This document shows positions 9,492-18,499 of a stretch of 26,333 nucleotides of DNA, piece after piece; positions within the stretch are counted from its first letter, which is position 1; every line of letters begins with the position of its first letter. The position numbers were made by a program, and so were the translations under genes. The stretch spans positions 1 through 26,333 of IMG/VR virus record IMGVR_UViG_3300035321_000161; one strand, 5' to 3'. The notes below the pieces were generated by a model, which had not been told where the DNA came from, made no database searches, and saw only the letters and a program-made list of their open reading frames with translations. Origin of the DNA: a virus. Lineage: Duplodnaviria; Caudoviricetes.

Positions 9492-10443
9492 TTAACATAA
9501 ACCTCCTATACTTAGGTAAATCAAGTTCACCACTGTATAAAATATTATCCATAGGTGCCTTTACAGAAAACTCTTCAATACTTCCTACACAATTTACATG
9601 TTCTTCTACTTCGAAAAAATTATTACTTTGTAATACAACTAACTTGCCATTAGGAATTTTATCATACCATTCTATAAAGTTTTCTATATGCTCACAGCTA
9701 GTGTTTATAATTGTATCTGGAGATTCAATTAATTGGCAGTCAGAGCCGTCTGCTCTGTTAACCATAAATGTATGTATATTGTAGTCAATATCTTTTATAT
9801 CTTGTGTACTTGCTTGAAATTTCCAATCTTCCATTACCCACGGTTTATTAAATACTTTAGCAATTGGTACACAACGAGGATCAATATCAAAAGATCTAAC
9901 TTTATCTACTCTGATGTCACTTTCAAACAACATTGTAGCAAGAGTAGCATACCAGCCTGCACATAAAAAAACTGTACCTAGATCTACATCGCAATTTTTA
10001 AGTTCATCTACTAACCACAGTTTGCTTTGTAGTTGTCCTCTACTGAAACAGTCATTACAAATTTTTGTATTGTTAACAAATAAGTTTTTAAATGCTGCTG
10101 TAAATTGTGTGTTAACATACCTATCAAGTATAGGCCAAAGTTTCCATGTATTGTCTTCTAGTACAAGTTTACGGAGATCCTCATCATTAATTAATCTAAA
10201 TATACTGTGTAAATTTTGTTCTATTACTGCTTTACGAATTTCTTCAGTGTCGTAATTGTCTACTATTCGAAAAATACTATGTAGATTTTGTTCTATAATT
10301 GCTTTACGCAATTCTTCATCTGCGTTTGTTAATCTAAACAAACTGCTTAAATCATAATCTATGTAAGTGCGACGGAGATCTGATAGATTAGTATTAGTTG
10401 GGTATAATAATTCAAATCTATCTAGTAATTCAAATGTTTCCAT
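9478..10443 (-). CDS. Putative class I SAM-dependent methyltransferase with N-terminal helical repeats
   Basis: Rossmann-like VFLCAGWYA, SFDID, and IINTSCEH. Start METFE (10443) preferred over 10467 because it gives the shorter overlap. Confidence 0.65.
   Translation of the reverse strand: METFELLDRFELLYPTNTNLSDLRRTYIDYDLSSLFRLTNADEELRKAIIEQNLHSIFRIVDNYDTEEIRKAVIEQNLHSIFRLINDEDLRKLVLEDNTWKLWPILDRYVNTQFTAAFKNLFVNNTKICNDCFSRGQLQSKLWLVDELKNCDVDLGTVFLCAGWYATLATMLFESDIRVDKVRSFDIDPRCVPIAKVFNKPWVMEDWKFQASTQDIKDIDYNIHTFMVNRADGSDCQLIESPDTIINTSCEHIENFIEWYDKIPNGKLVVLQSNNFFEVEEHVNCVGSIEEFSVKAPMDNILYSGELDLPKYRRFMLIGYK
10147..10383 (-). repeat. Intragenic tandem repeat, about 3.5 copies of 21-24 aa
   Basis: SDLRRTYIDYDLSSLFRL / EELRKAIIEQNLHSIFRI / EEIRKAVIEQNLHSIFRL / EDLRKLVLEDN. 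The two central copies are also similar in DNA at 72 nt spacing. Confidence 0.85.
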
Positions 10444-11110
10444 TGAACTTTTCCAGTAGCCATTCAAAGTCGTTTATTTTTCTAAGAGCATCGGTATTGC
10501 CTTGATGTTCTTTTCCGTAGGCAGTTCCAGCTATTGCACCTTGCAAAGCGTAATCTCCAAAAAGTCGTTCTGCGCCAGCAGAACACCATATATCAAGACG
10601 ATCATTAGTTTCGTCGTATTTTTGTCTATCAATTATCTTCGAACTTAGTTTACAACATTCTCTAAATGCACTTTTCCAGGTTTCAAATGGTCCAGTATTA
10701 AATTTAGTTATATTTGATATCTGCGGCATTGGTTTAAATTTATCTGTAATACTTGTAGTCATATCAGGCTTACTAGTATCCATATGTATAGTCATACGTC
10801 TTGGAAAAAGTTTGATTCCCCCATAACCGTATACTAGGTCATTAACTGGGTTTTTACTACGCCATACATGTACATGATCTTGTTGGTGACTAGGCACTTC
10901 ATAGTCAAAATTAAAGTCATCCATGATTACAGCATCACCGTCTACAATCCAAAACATTTTAGTAAAACATTTCTTTGCAGCAGCAATGTGTGCTTGATGT
11001 ATTCCTTTTATACCATGTATACGTTTTGCCATAGGAAACCTACTTTTAAGTGCTTCCCAGTTGTCATCTGCATTAGGTTCTTGGTAACTTATAAAAACAA
11101 TATCATACAT
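10430..11110 (-). CDS. GT-A-like putative glycosyltransferase, paralog of 19902..20828
   Basis: YDIVFISYQEPNA, AH.AAA, DGD (DxD), N.L.YG.GGIK and W.SAFRE. Confidence 0.65.
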   Translation of the reverse strand: MYDIVFISYQEPNADDNWEALKSRFPMAKRIHGIKGIHQAHIAAAKKCFTKMFWIVDGDAVIMDDFNFDYEVPSHQQDHVHVWRSKNPVNDLVYGYGGIKLFPRRMTIHMDTSKPDMTTSITDKFKPMPQISNITKFNTGPFETWKSAFRECCKLSSKIIDRQKYDETNDRLDIWCSAGAERLFGDYALQGAIAGTAYGKEHQGNTDALRKINDFEWLLEKFNGNI

Positions 11111-11112
11111 AA

Positions 11113-12189
11113 TTAATTATATATAAACGGATCTCGCTTCCTCATTAATTTTATTTTATCTTTTATTTTTTCATAATAAGAACTTCTATCAATACTTTGA
11201 TTTAAAGTTGCGTAATGATTTAATATTTTTATTATTTCCTCATCTAGTCTATATAAAAAATAATCATAATCTATAGTATTAATAATAGACCTATATATTT
11301 CACTATTAAAGCAATAGTGCCCGCTTAAAATAGTAGCAACCTCTTTATCGGTTACTCCCGGTTCTATCCATCTTTGCCAATAGTTTTTTTGATATACATA
11401 ATTGCTAAATTCAATCCACTTGTCTTCTGGTGTAAATTCTTTAAGTACAGATGTATGAATTGTACCTAGTTGAGGAGCAATATTTACACTATCAACCTTT
11501 GCTTTAATCCTTTTACTTATATCAAGATCATTAAAGTAATCAGCATTATGTTCTTTGAACAAAAATCCTGCATCATGTACTAATTTTATAATTTTTTTAT
11601 TTTGCTCTACATCAAATGTACCAGCTTGTCTACCTTTAGTTAAACTTCCGGTTTGTGTTACAAAATAGATGACATTATTTTTATAGGACTGTAGAAATTC
11701 TAATTGAGGCTCTAATCTACCGATACTACTATCAATATCAATACCAGTATTGTCTTCGCTACCAAATTCAATTTTTATATTAGGATTTTTGTCAAGTGCA
11801 TATTCTATTAGCTGTTTTCCGTAATCTAGTTGATTTTCTTTTATACGTGATACATCAATGTGTAACAAATCAAATCCATATAGAATATCTGCATCAATTG
11901 TTCGTTTACATCTTAATATAGCTTCGTCTACAGATAAACCGTTGTCTAAATCAGTAAAATAAGGACCGCAATGATCTCTACAAATAAGTAGATTAACACT
12001 TTTATTTTCATGAACACGTTCTGTTAACTCTCTTGTGTTACATACGTATCCTGTATCATTGTCGACTTGATTTCTACTTGCAATTATCATTAGAGGAGAT
12101 GACTCGTATTTTGACCATCGAGATACAATTTCTATAATTTCTAAACTCATTGGTCCAACGCCAAGTTTAAATTTTTTCATATCTGTCAT
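11113..12189 (-). CDS. GatZ/KbaZ-like protein (tagatose-bisphosphate aldolase subunit / sugar-phosphate epimerase family)
   Basis: IASRNQVD..GY, DHCGP, LHIDVS, KEHNADY and NIAPQLG resemble GatZ-type EATSNQV, DHLGP, HLD.S, EAHSTDY and KVGP. AAGGA precedes the ATG at 12189. Confidence 0.7.
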   Translation of the reverse strand: MTDMKKFKLGVGPMSLEIIEIVSRWSKYESSPLMIIASRNQVDNDTGYVCNTRELTERVHENKSVNLLICRDHCGPYFTDLDNGLSVDEAILRCKRTIDADILYGFDLLHIDVSRIKENQLDYGKQLIEYALDKNPNIKIEFGSEDNTGIDIDSSIGRLEPQLEFLQSYKNNVIYFVTQTGSLTKGRQAGTFDVEQNKKIIKLVHDAGFLFKEHNADYFNDLDISKRIKAKVDSVNIAPQLGTIHTSVLKEFTPEDKWIEFSNYVYQKNYWQRWIEPGVTDKEVATILSGHYCFNSEIYRSIINTIDYDYFLYRLDEEIIKILNHYATLNQSIDRSSYYEKIKDKIKLMRKRDPFIYN

Positions 12190-12883
12190 AAATAGATCCT
12201 TTGGGTTGTATTCCAGTATATAATTCAAATTGCTTTAAAAATTGATATTTGTAAAATTCTTTGCCGCTAACGTATTTAACGTTTGATAAGTTACACTGGT
12301 GTTGTAGTTGATTTTTGTTTATAGCTAAATCTATTACAAGACTTATGTTGTTAGGTAGTTTTTCTACAGGACTATCAGGTATGCTAGTACCAAGACCTGT
12401 ACAATTTATCAAAACATCAGTCGATCTATGCCGGTGGTGCCATGTGTTGTTATTTCTTGCACAAATGTTAAGATTATATTTTTTTAAGTGTTGACAAAAC
12501 ATTTTTGACATAGACCCATTTCCAAGTATAGTAACACTATCACTATCAGTAAGTTCTAAATTTTTTAAAACATGAACCATGCCATAATAATCACAATTAT
12601 GTCCAGACAATTTTCCATTTTCTATTAATACAGTGTTACAAGTGTTATAATATTCACACTCGTAAGACTTAGTATCTAAAATTGTTAGAATTTCTGTCTT
12701 ATAAGGCATACTAATACTGATGCCAGAAATATTTTTATCTAACGCCCAGTCTATTGTGTTAAAAAGATTATCAGTTCCAACTGCTTTGTAAGTTGCAGGA
12801 ATATTGTAATGATCGAAAAATTTTCCGTAGTAATATTCGCCTGTCTTACCAGGATACTTACTAACACTTAGATATTTTTTTAT
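12167..12883 (-). CDS. Shikimate dehydrogenase-like (SdhL-type) oxidoreductase with probable ATA start
   Basis: The frame is open for 58 codons upstream of the track's ATG: (I/M)KKYLSVSKYPGKTGEYYYGKFFDHYNIPATYKAVGTDNLFNTIDWALDKNISGISIS-MPYK. Downstream motifs are CNTV, GHNCDY, LGNGSMS, INCT and QFELYTG. Confidence 0.8.
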   Translation of the reverse strand: MKKYLSVSKYPGKTGEYYYGKFFDHYNIPATYKAVGTDNLFNTIDWALDKNISGISISMPYKTEILTILDTKSYECEYYNTCNTVLIENGKLSGHNCDYYGMVHVLKNLELTDSDSVTILGNGSMSKMFCQHLKKYNLNICARNNNTWHHRHRSTDVLINCTGLGTSIPDSPVEKLPNNISLVIDLAINKNQLQHQCNLSNVKYVSGKEFYKYQFLKQFELYTGIQPKGSIYDRYEKI

Positions 12884-13203
12884 CTTTTGAATGCTCTAAT
12901 TTCCTTTATTAAGCCAGCTTCTAACTCTATAATATCTACTACATTTAATATTTGTCCATCAATTGTTATATTAAGTTCAGCTATTGCTACACTTTCATTA
13001 TAACACAGATTTACAATTTGTAAATCTATTTTTTTTACGCTGCTAAAAAGATCTTTATTAGTTTTGAGTACGTTGTTTTTTCCATTAACAGATATGTCCC
13101 AGTCAATTAGAACTACGTTATCTGAAAACATTGATTCTAATTTATTAATATCTTTTTTAGACCAAGCGGAAAAGTAGTTTTTTATCAATAATTCAATTTT
13201 CAT
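12880..13203 (-). CDS. NTF2/SnoaL-like protein
   Basis: YF.AW...D...L..MFSD.V...D, G...V, and a C-terminal VD......G.I.EIRAF pattern. Confidence 0.8.
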   Translation of the reverse strand: MKIELLIKNYFSAWSKKDINKLESMFSDNVVLIDWDISVNGKNNVLKTNKDLFSSVKKIDLQIVNLCYNESVAIAELNITIDGQILNVVDIIELEAGLIKEIRAFKR

Positions 13204-14728
13204 TTTCTAAATCCTCAAAAAGTTTAATTCCTATATACCATAAGAATATATCAAACGGTGCAGTATGCAACGGGCTCATGTTCCAAAATATAATCGGAAT
13301 AAGTTGTTGCACTTTTTTATAATCCCATCCTTTATTAATTATAAATTGTTTTAGTGTATTTTGGTACACATCTATACTATCTATGCTCGGAGTACTAAGC
13401 GTTACTTTAGATCCTTGTATTTCTATATCAAAATTATGTTCTTTAATATTTGCATAATTTATAATAAACCCTCCGGACATCTTTGCTAGATCATAGTATA
13501 TGTCGCCAACACTGACTAAATTTGAAAATTCATGTCTCCAGTCGATTAATTTAAATTCGCCCGTTGGACTTATTATGAGATTGTCAAACTGTAGATCGCC
13601 ATGTAGAAATCCTGGTAATACGTTTTTAGACAGGTAGTCCCAGTCTAAGTTATCTATATAGTATTGATAGTCCTTAACTTCAACTCCATTTATATGCGTA
13701 ACTACAGGAAGTTGAGGATACTTTTCTAAGAACTTATTAATACGATTTAGCGACTTGTTTTTATAAAAATCTACAGCAGCATTAGTTACGTCTTGATCTG
13801 TGCTATGCCATACTGAGGCTTCTAACCATTTTAGTAATTCTTTAAAAACTACAGGGTTATTAAACTCGTATAATGTCTGCCCAGGAAAAAAATCGTAGGC
13901 CATATAATTTCCGCTGTACATACAGTTAGCAGGAAATACCAACGGATTAGACAGTGTTTTACGAAACTTTTTTTCTGCTACAGTTACATCTAGCCACCAT
14001 TTGACTACGCGGTTATTGCATATGTATGTTACTTCGTCTTTCTTACTAAAGTCAAATTTTTGATCTTTAGCTACCGCAGTTCTATAGGCTTTTGGATTGC
14101 CGAAATCTAACCATGAATTTAGTTCTACACACCTATCACCTGGTTTAATTACACCAATAAATTCATTACTTTCTAGCTGTTCTAGATCGTTAAAGAAATA
14201 TTCCCAATCGTGTATGTACATTAATCCTGTAAACGCTAACCATGACTCGGGTTGTGTCAATTTAAAAGTTATGTCGTTAATAGTTCCGCTGTTAACATTA
14301 AACATAGTATACAAAGATGTATCTTTTTCTGCTACATGTTTAGCAAAATAGCAATTAAAATTTGTTACTTTACTAGTTATAGTTTCATTAAAATAAGTAT
14401 CACACGGCACATACCAAAATCGTCCGTTTATGAAATCTTTACATTGAAGTAATGTGTATCCTGTTCCGGCTTTATCGCTAGTCCAATCGACATCTACAAA
14501 TGTAATATTCCTGTCAGCATAAGCAACTGCACAAAAGTCTTTAACTTGCTGTGCTAGAAATCCTGTAGGAATAATAAAATTTGTGTCTTTCGGAAACTGA
14601 TCGATAATATGCGCAATTGTAGGTTTGTCTTTATACGGTAATAATGCCTTATTAAGATTCTTAGTATAGTTATCCATCCTGCTACCAAGACCAGCTGTTG
14701 GAATTATTACACTTATATCACTTGTCAT
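13193..14728 (-). CDS. Nucleotidyltransferase fused to an APH/choline-kinase-like phosphotransferase
   Basis: N-terminal IIPTAGLGSRM, NKALLP, CD and WLDFG; C-terminal HGDLQFDN, LIDWR and DIYYDLAK. Start MTSDIS (14728) preferred. Confidence 0.85.
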   Translation of the reverse strand: MTSDISVIIPTAGLGSRMDNYTKNLNKALLPYKDKPTIAHIIDQFPKDTNFIIPTGFLAQQVKDFCAVAYADRNITFVDVDWTSDKAGTGYTLLQCKDFINGRFWYVPCDTYFNETITSKVTNFNCYFAKHVAEKDTSLYTMFNVNSGTINDITFKLTQPESWLAFTGLMYIHDWEYFFNDLEQLESNEFIGVIKPGDRCVELNSWLDFGNPKAYRTAVAKDQKFDFSKKDEVTYICNNRVVKWWLDVTVAEKKFRKTLSNPLVFPANCMYSGNYMAYDFFPGQTLYEFNNPVVFKELLKWLEASVWHSTDQDVTNAAVDFYKNKSLNRINKFLEKYPQLPVVTHINGVEVKDYQYYIDNLDWDYLSKNVLPGFLHGDLQFDNLIISPTGEFKLIDWRHEFSNLVSVGDIYYDLAKMSGGFIINYANIKEHNFDIEIQGSKVTLSTPSIDSIDVYQNTLKQFIINKGWDYKKVQQLIPIIFWNMSPLHTAPFDIFLWYIGIKLFEDLENEN

Positions 14729-15161
14729 GTTCATAGCTAATTCTGCCATGAGTTCTCCCTTGATCATCTTGTAATCTAATACAATCGTCTAGTTCAGTAG
14801 TGCTTGTTTCCATAAATGTTAAATCAGTAGTAGCAACAACACGATGCACATATCCTGGTGTTACATCAAACACTACACCTTCTTTAAGTTCAATAATGTC
14901 AAATGTTGCTTCATATTCTTCTGTTTGCTGCACAGTCATTCCATTTTTAAGAAACTCTGCAATATCTAATGGTTCTTTACTGCGCAATAACACGCCTGTG
15001 CCACTTAATACATAATTCGTTTCAATTTTATATTCATGAACTTGCAAACTTGTTCTATTACCAGCTTTAAAAAGTATACGTTTACATGCATAAGGAGTGT
15101 TTGATCCATCTGCTATCCACAATTCGTATCCCCAGTGTTTAGTAACTTTTTTTATGTCCAT
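14718..15161 (-). CDS. Cupin protein (type II mannose-6-phosphate isomerase-like)
   Basis: KHWGYELW, SLQVH..K.ET.YV, PG.VHR and E.ST..DD..R..D..GR. TAATG coupling supports a start at 15161. Confidence 0.8.
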   Translation of the reverse strand: MDIKKVTKHWGYELWIADGSNTPYACKRILFKAGNRTSLQVHEYKIETNYVLSGTGVLLRSKEPLDIAEFLKNGMTVQQTEEYEATFDIIELKEGVVFDVTPGYVHRVVATTDLTFMETSTTELDDCIRLQDDQGRTHGRISYEHDK

Positions 15162-15979
15162 TATAACCATCCATTCTTTTTAATCTTTTCAATTGCAATT
15201 TCAGCTGCTACTTTGTGTCCAATTGCGCTTGTATGTAAACTAGGCAAATCGTCAGGATATTCTATTGCTAATTTTCCCCAATCTAAATTCATATGATTAA
15301 TATCATCAACTAAGACAAAATGTTTAAGGTTATCAATATTTTCTGTTCCTATCAGATGCCTTATATTTGCATTTTTTAATGCCACATGACACATTGTTAA
15401 TGCTCCTAAACTATGTAATTTGTTTATGCGAGGATCATGTATTTGTTTTGCATAATCATATAAAATTCTCATTCGACGCTTCGGTTCATTATAAAATCTT
15501 TCATAATATCCGTCTGGAGTCTCTAAACCTCGATCTACCACATTATCAAAATAATCAATTACGCCTAGTAGATTTTCTGTAAACACATTTCCATTATATT
15601 TACTTTCATCCATTATGTGCTTCTCGCCTTCTGGTTTCTCAGAATAACTATATTGTTTATATGGCGGATATTGATGATAATTTATATCGAAGTTAGTAAG
15701 ATATTCGCTATAAGATGACGTTTCTACTTCGTTATGTGTAAACCATTCAACTCTGTCATAACTAGTATTAGTTACTAATACCATGTCAATATCTTTTATA
15801 TTTTCTATTGCATACAAAACTTGTAGGAAAATACTATAGTTTGTACTAGAACCTTTTGCAATGTTTATAAGTTCTAATCCTAGAGTATTTGCTACTATAC
15901 TGCCATATGGTTCTGTTTCAATATCTCTGCAACCGATACCTTTTGCAAAACTGTCACCACAAATAATTATCTTTTTCAC
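15161..15979 (-). CDS. SGNH/GDSL hydrolase-like protein
   Basis: IICGDSF (block I), N.AKGSSTN (block II) and C-terminal LHTSAIGH. TTG start within a TTGA overlap. Confidence 0.7.
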   Translation of the reverse strand: MKKIIICGDSFAKGIGCRDIETEPYGSIVANTLGLELINIAKGSSTNYSIFLQVLYAIENIKDIDMVLVTNTSYDRVEWFTHNEVETSSYSEYLTNFDINYHQYPPYKQYSYSEKPEGEKHIMDESKYNGNVFTENLLGVIDYFDNVVDRGLETPDGYYERFYNEPKRRMRILYDYAKQIHDPRINKLHSLGALTMCHVALKNANIRHLIGTENIDNLKHFVLVDDINHMNLDWGKLAIEYPDDLPSLHTSAIGHKVAAEIAIEKIKKNGWL

Positions 15980-16830
15980 AACAGATTGTTTTCCTTTATA
16001 TATTTTATCAATTCGTCAGCCCATGCTTTGTGTCCGCTAGGGCTAGGATGCCAGCCTACTAAAGGATCTTCTGTATTTGCTTCAATAAAACTTTTAAAAG
16101 TGTTATTAGGTTGATCTTTCTTATAGAATCTTATAGGATCAATAGTATCCCAAACTGAGTTAAATTTTAATTGGTTTGATTGTCTTATGCCATTTTTAAA
16201 CTGTACGTATCCGCCTAATTGTATTTGTTTTAATTCATTTATCATATCAATATCTTGCCAATCATTAGGATTAGCATTTGGAGTTTGATAAAATGAATTA
16301 TAACATAACCATTTTATATTATGGACATTACAAAAATTTTGAAATTGCACCACAGTAGATACATGTCTTGGAATATACTCTTCTGGGTTCCACATAAATC
16401 GGATATACATGTTCCAAACATCTCTCATCTTCGGATCATCAAAATTGTCGACCTGTGGCCATAATCTAAATTTTTGCGATAAATTTTTGTTTTTCCACCA
16501 AAAACTATTTCTTTCTGGACTAGTCCACCCTATTATTACAAATAACTCATCAGTAGGTTTACCTTTTGTGATATATTCAGAACTTAAATAAGACATAGTT
16601 CTTTCAATAATAGTTTTATTATCATCAGCAGGCCAGGATAAATTTACATAATCACATCCTAAAGATTTAGACATAAAGTAAGGGAAAATTCGCCTAGTAC
16701 GATATTCGTCATTTATTTCTAAAAAATCATATTCTCCTGGGTGAACGTCCGCAGGATATTTTGCTTGTATGTCAGGATGTACGATTTCACACCCAAATGT
16801 CCAGCTGTCACCGTCAAAAATAATTTTCAT
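15976..16830 (-). CDS. SGNH/GDSL hydrolase-like protein
   Basis: IFDGDSWTFG, NLS.PADDN, IGWTSPER and WHPSPSGH. TAATG coupling supports a start at 16830. Confidence 0.7.
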   Translation of the reverse strand: MKIIFDGDSWTFGCEIVHPDIQAKYPADVHPGEYDFLEINDEYRTRRIFPYFMSKSLGCDYVNLSWPADDNKTIIERTMSYLSSEYITKGKPTDELFVIIGWTSPERNSFWWKNKNLSQKFRLWPQVDNFDDPKMRDVWNMYIRFMWNPEEYIPRHVSTVVQFQNFCNVHNIKWLCYNSFYQTPNANPNDWQDIDMINELKQIQLGGYVQFKNGIRQSNQLKFNSVWDTIDPIRFYKKDQPNNTFKSFIEANTEDPLVGWHPSPSGHKAWADELIKYIKENNLL

Positions 16831-17636
16831 TATATATACCAATCTACCCAGAGTTTTTTTATTTCTATATAGTCTTCAATAGAATCTAAATTTTTATTAC
16901 GCATAGTGCTGCGGATTACTGCATAGTCAGTGTTAAAAGCATCAGGATGTATATTATGTTCTGTTGCATATCTATATAATAAAGTACCAGGGCCTAAGTA
17001 CAATTCTGTATCTATGTCAATAGGATTTGACATATTTTGAATTCTTGATTTTTGGTGCTTGCAACTATAGTACTTGTATAATCCTGACATTACATCCATT
17101 GTTTTGCTATCTCCAAAAAACATAACATCATCAAAGCAAAATTTATTAAATTCTCTCGGAAACCTACTTATAAAGGTAGATGTATAACACGATCCAGGCT
17201 CGATATAATTAGAAAAGGAAAATTTCTTGTTAGGATTGTAAACTGTATCTGGTCTAGCTTTAATAACAATATCATATGTAAAATTGTTATCTAGTTCGTA
17301 TTGTCTTTTTAACATAATACTATATTCAAAACTATAAAATAAAGGATCCCATGCTAAACTCCATTCTTCAGGTTTAAACGCAGACATGTGGTAAGCGACA
17401 GGTTTATAAACATTTACTATTTTCTCTAGATCGTTATGTTTTTCATTTACAAACTCATGGTGATGTTTTTTAGGAAATCTCCATGTATTAGTATCCCATG
17501 TATGTATAAAATAATCAATTGTCTCTACATCATTATGAGGTGATGAAAAATAGTGTAGAATATTTTTTGAAGCAATTTGCCAGTCTCTTATCTGCCCGCT
17601 AAAACAAACTGCAACTCTTTTTTTTGATCTTAACAT
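16830..17636 (-). CDS. Putative glycosyltransferase-like protein
   Basis: VAVCFSGQIR, D.F.HTW, YD.VIKARPD and DD.MFFG. Paralog of the next gene. Confidence 0.55.
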   Translation of the reverse strand: MLRSKKRVAVCFSGQIRDWQIASKNILHYFSSPHNDVETIDYFIHTWDTNTWRFPKKHHHEFVNEKHNDLEKIVNVYKPVAYHMSAFKPEEWSLAWDPLFYSFEYSIMLKRQYELDNNFTYDIVIKARPDTVYNPNKKFSFSNYIEPGSCYTSTFISRFPREFNKFCFDDVMFFGDSKTMDVMSGLYKYYSCKHQKSRIQNMSNPIDIDTELYLGPGTLLYRYATEHNIHPDAFNTDYAVIRSTMRNKNLDSIEDYIEIKKLWVDWYI

Positions 17637-18499
17637 AGTATTTCATGATCTCCTAAAGGACCAAGTCCTGTTTCTTGCTTACGCTTTGTATAGAAAGAAT
17701 CTCTTGCAACCTTAGGAAGACTATTTGTTTCTTGTACTATTGATATGTTAAACATTTTAGCATAAAAATATGTAAGATGCTCTGGACCAGGTTGTCCATC
17801 AAAAGACTTTGATCCTAACGTTGGCAACCATTGGTAAAAATTACACATTTTGTCAAAAGTAGGGCTATCAGAATACCAGTATATATCTCCCAAGCGACGA
17901 CCAAACCATTGCGAGTCATCTACACTAGTGTGGCAAGAATAAATTGTATTCCTATCTATATCTAACATATCAGGAATAGAAATCATATTTTTCAATGATT
18001 CAAAATATAAATCATTACGCATACGTATACACACATCATATTTAAATTGTTGTTTAACTTCGTGCATACGCTTTAAATGAGCAGAATACATTATAGAATA
18101 AAATTGCGAGGACATCCATGCATTATCGGATTTACCATGACGATGGGCAACTGCATTAGTTTGCTCTATAGTGTGTTGCTTTGTAAATTTAGAAACTGCT
18201 ATATCACTTATTTTATATGATATAGGTTTAAGCAAATTTAAATACTCGTCGATTTCTGTTTTAGGTATTTGTATAGCTCGATCTATAGGATCAATCAACA
18301 CTCCACTGTTATCTGCCATAGATACTCCATGTTGTAAAGTATTATGATCCCAAAAATGACAAAATACATCAACTTGTATATTATATTTTTCTCTGCATTC
18401 TTTAAAAAAATCTTGCCATGTAGATATGCAATGTTTCCAAGTTCTTAGCTGACCGCTAAAGCATACTGCAATTTTTTTAGTTTCTGCATCCTTTGTCAT
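17630..18499 (-). CDS. Putative glycosyltransferase-like protein
   Basis: IAVCFSGQLR, DVFCHFW, SQFYSI, YDVCIRMRND and PE. An ATGA overlap supports a start at 18499. Confidence 0.55.
   Translation of the reverse strand: MTKDAETKKIAVCFSGQLRTWKHCISTWQDFFKECREKYNIQVDVFCHFWDHNTLQHGVSMADNSGVLIDPIDRAIQIPKTEIDEYLNLLKPISYKISDIAVSKFTKQHTIEQTNAVAHRHGKSDNAWMSSQFYSIMYSAHLKRMHEVKQQFKYDVCIRMRNDLYFESLKNMISIPDMLDIDRNTIYSCHTSVDDSQWFGRRLGDIYWYSDSPTFDKMCNFYQWLPTLGSKSFDGQPGPEHLTYFYAKMFNISIVQETNSLPKVARDSFYTKRKQETGLGPLGDHEILC

Noticed and set aside
10147-10383. Repeat as a CRISPR array or DGR template/variable pair
   Set aside because: The copies are in-frame coding repeats with synonymous differences, have no spacers, and no cas or reverse transcriptase gene is present.
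12167-12883. Calling the dehydrogenase aroE of a shikimate pathway
   Set aside because: No other aro genes are present, and the SMPYK and QFELYT motifs resemble the SdhL class, so no symbol was assigned.
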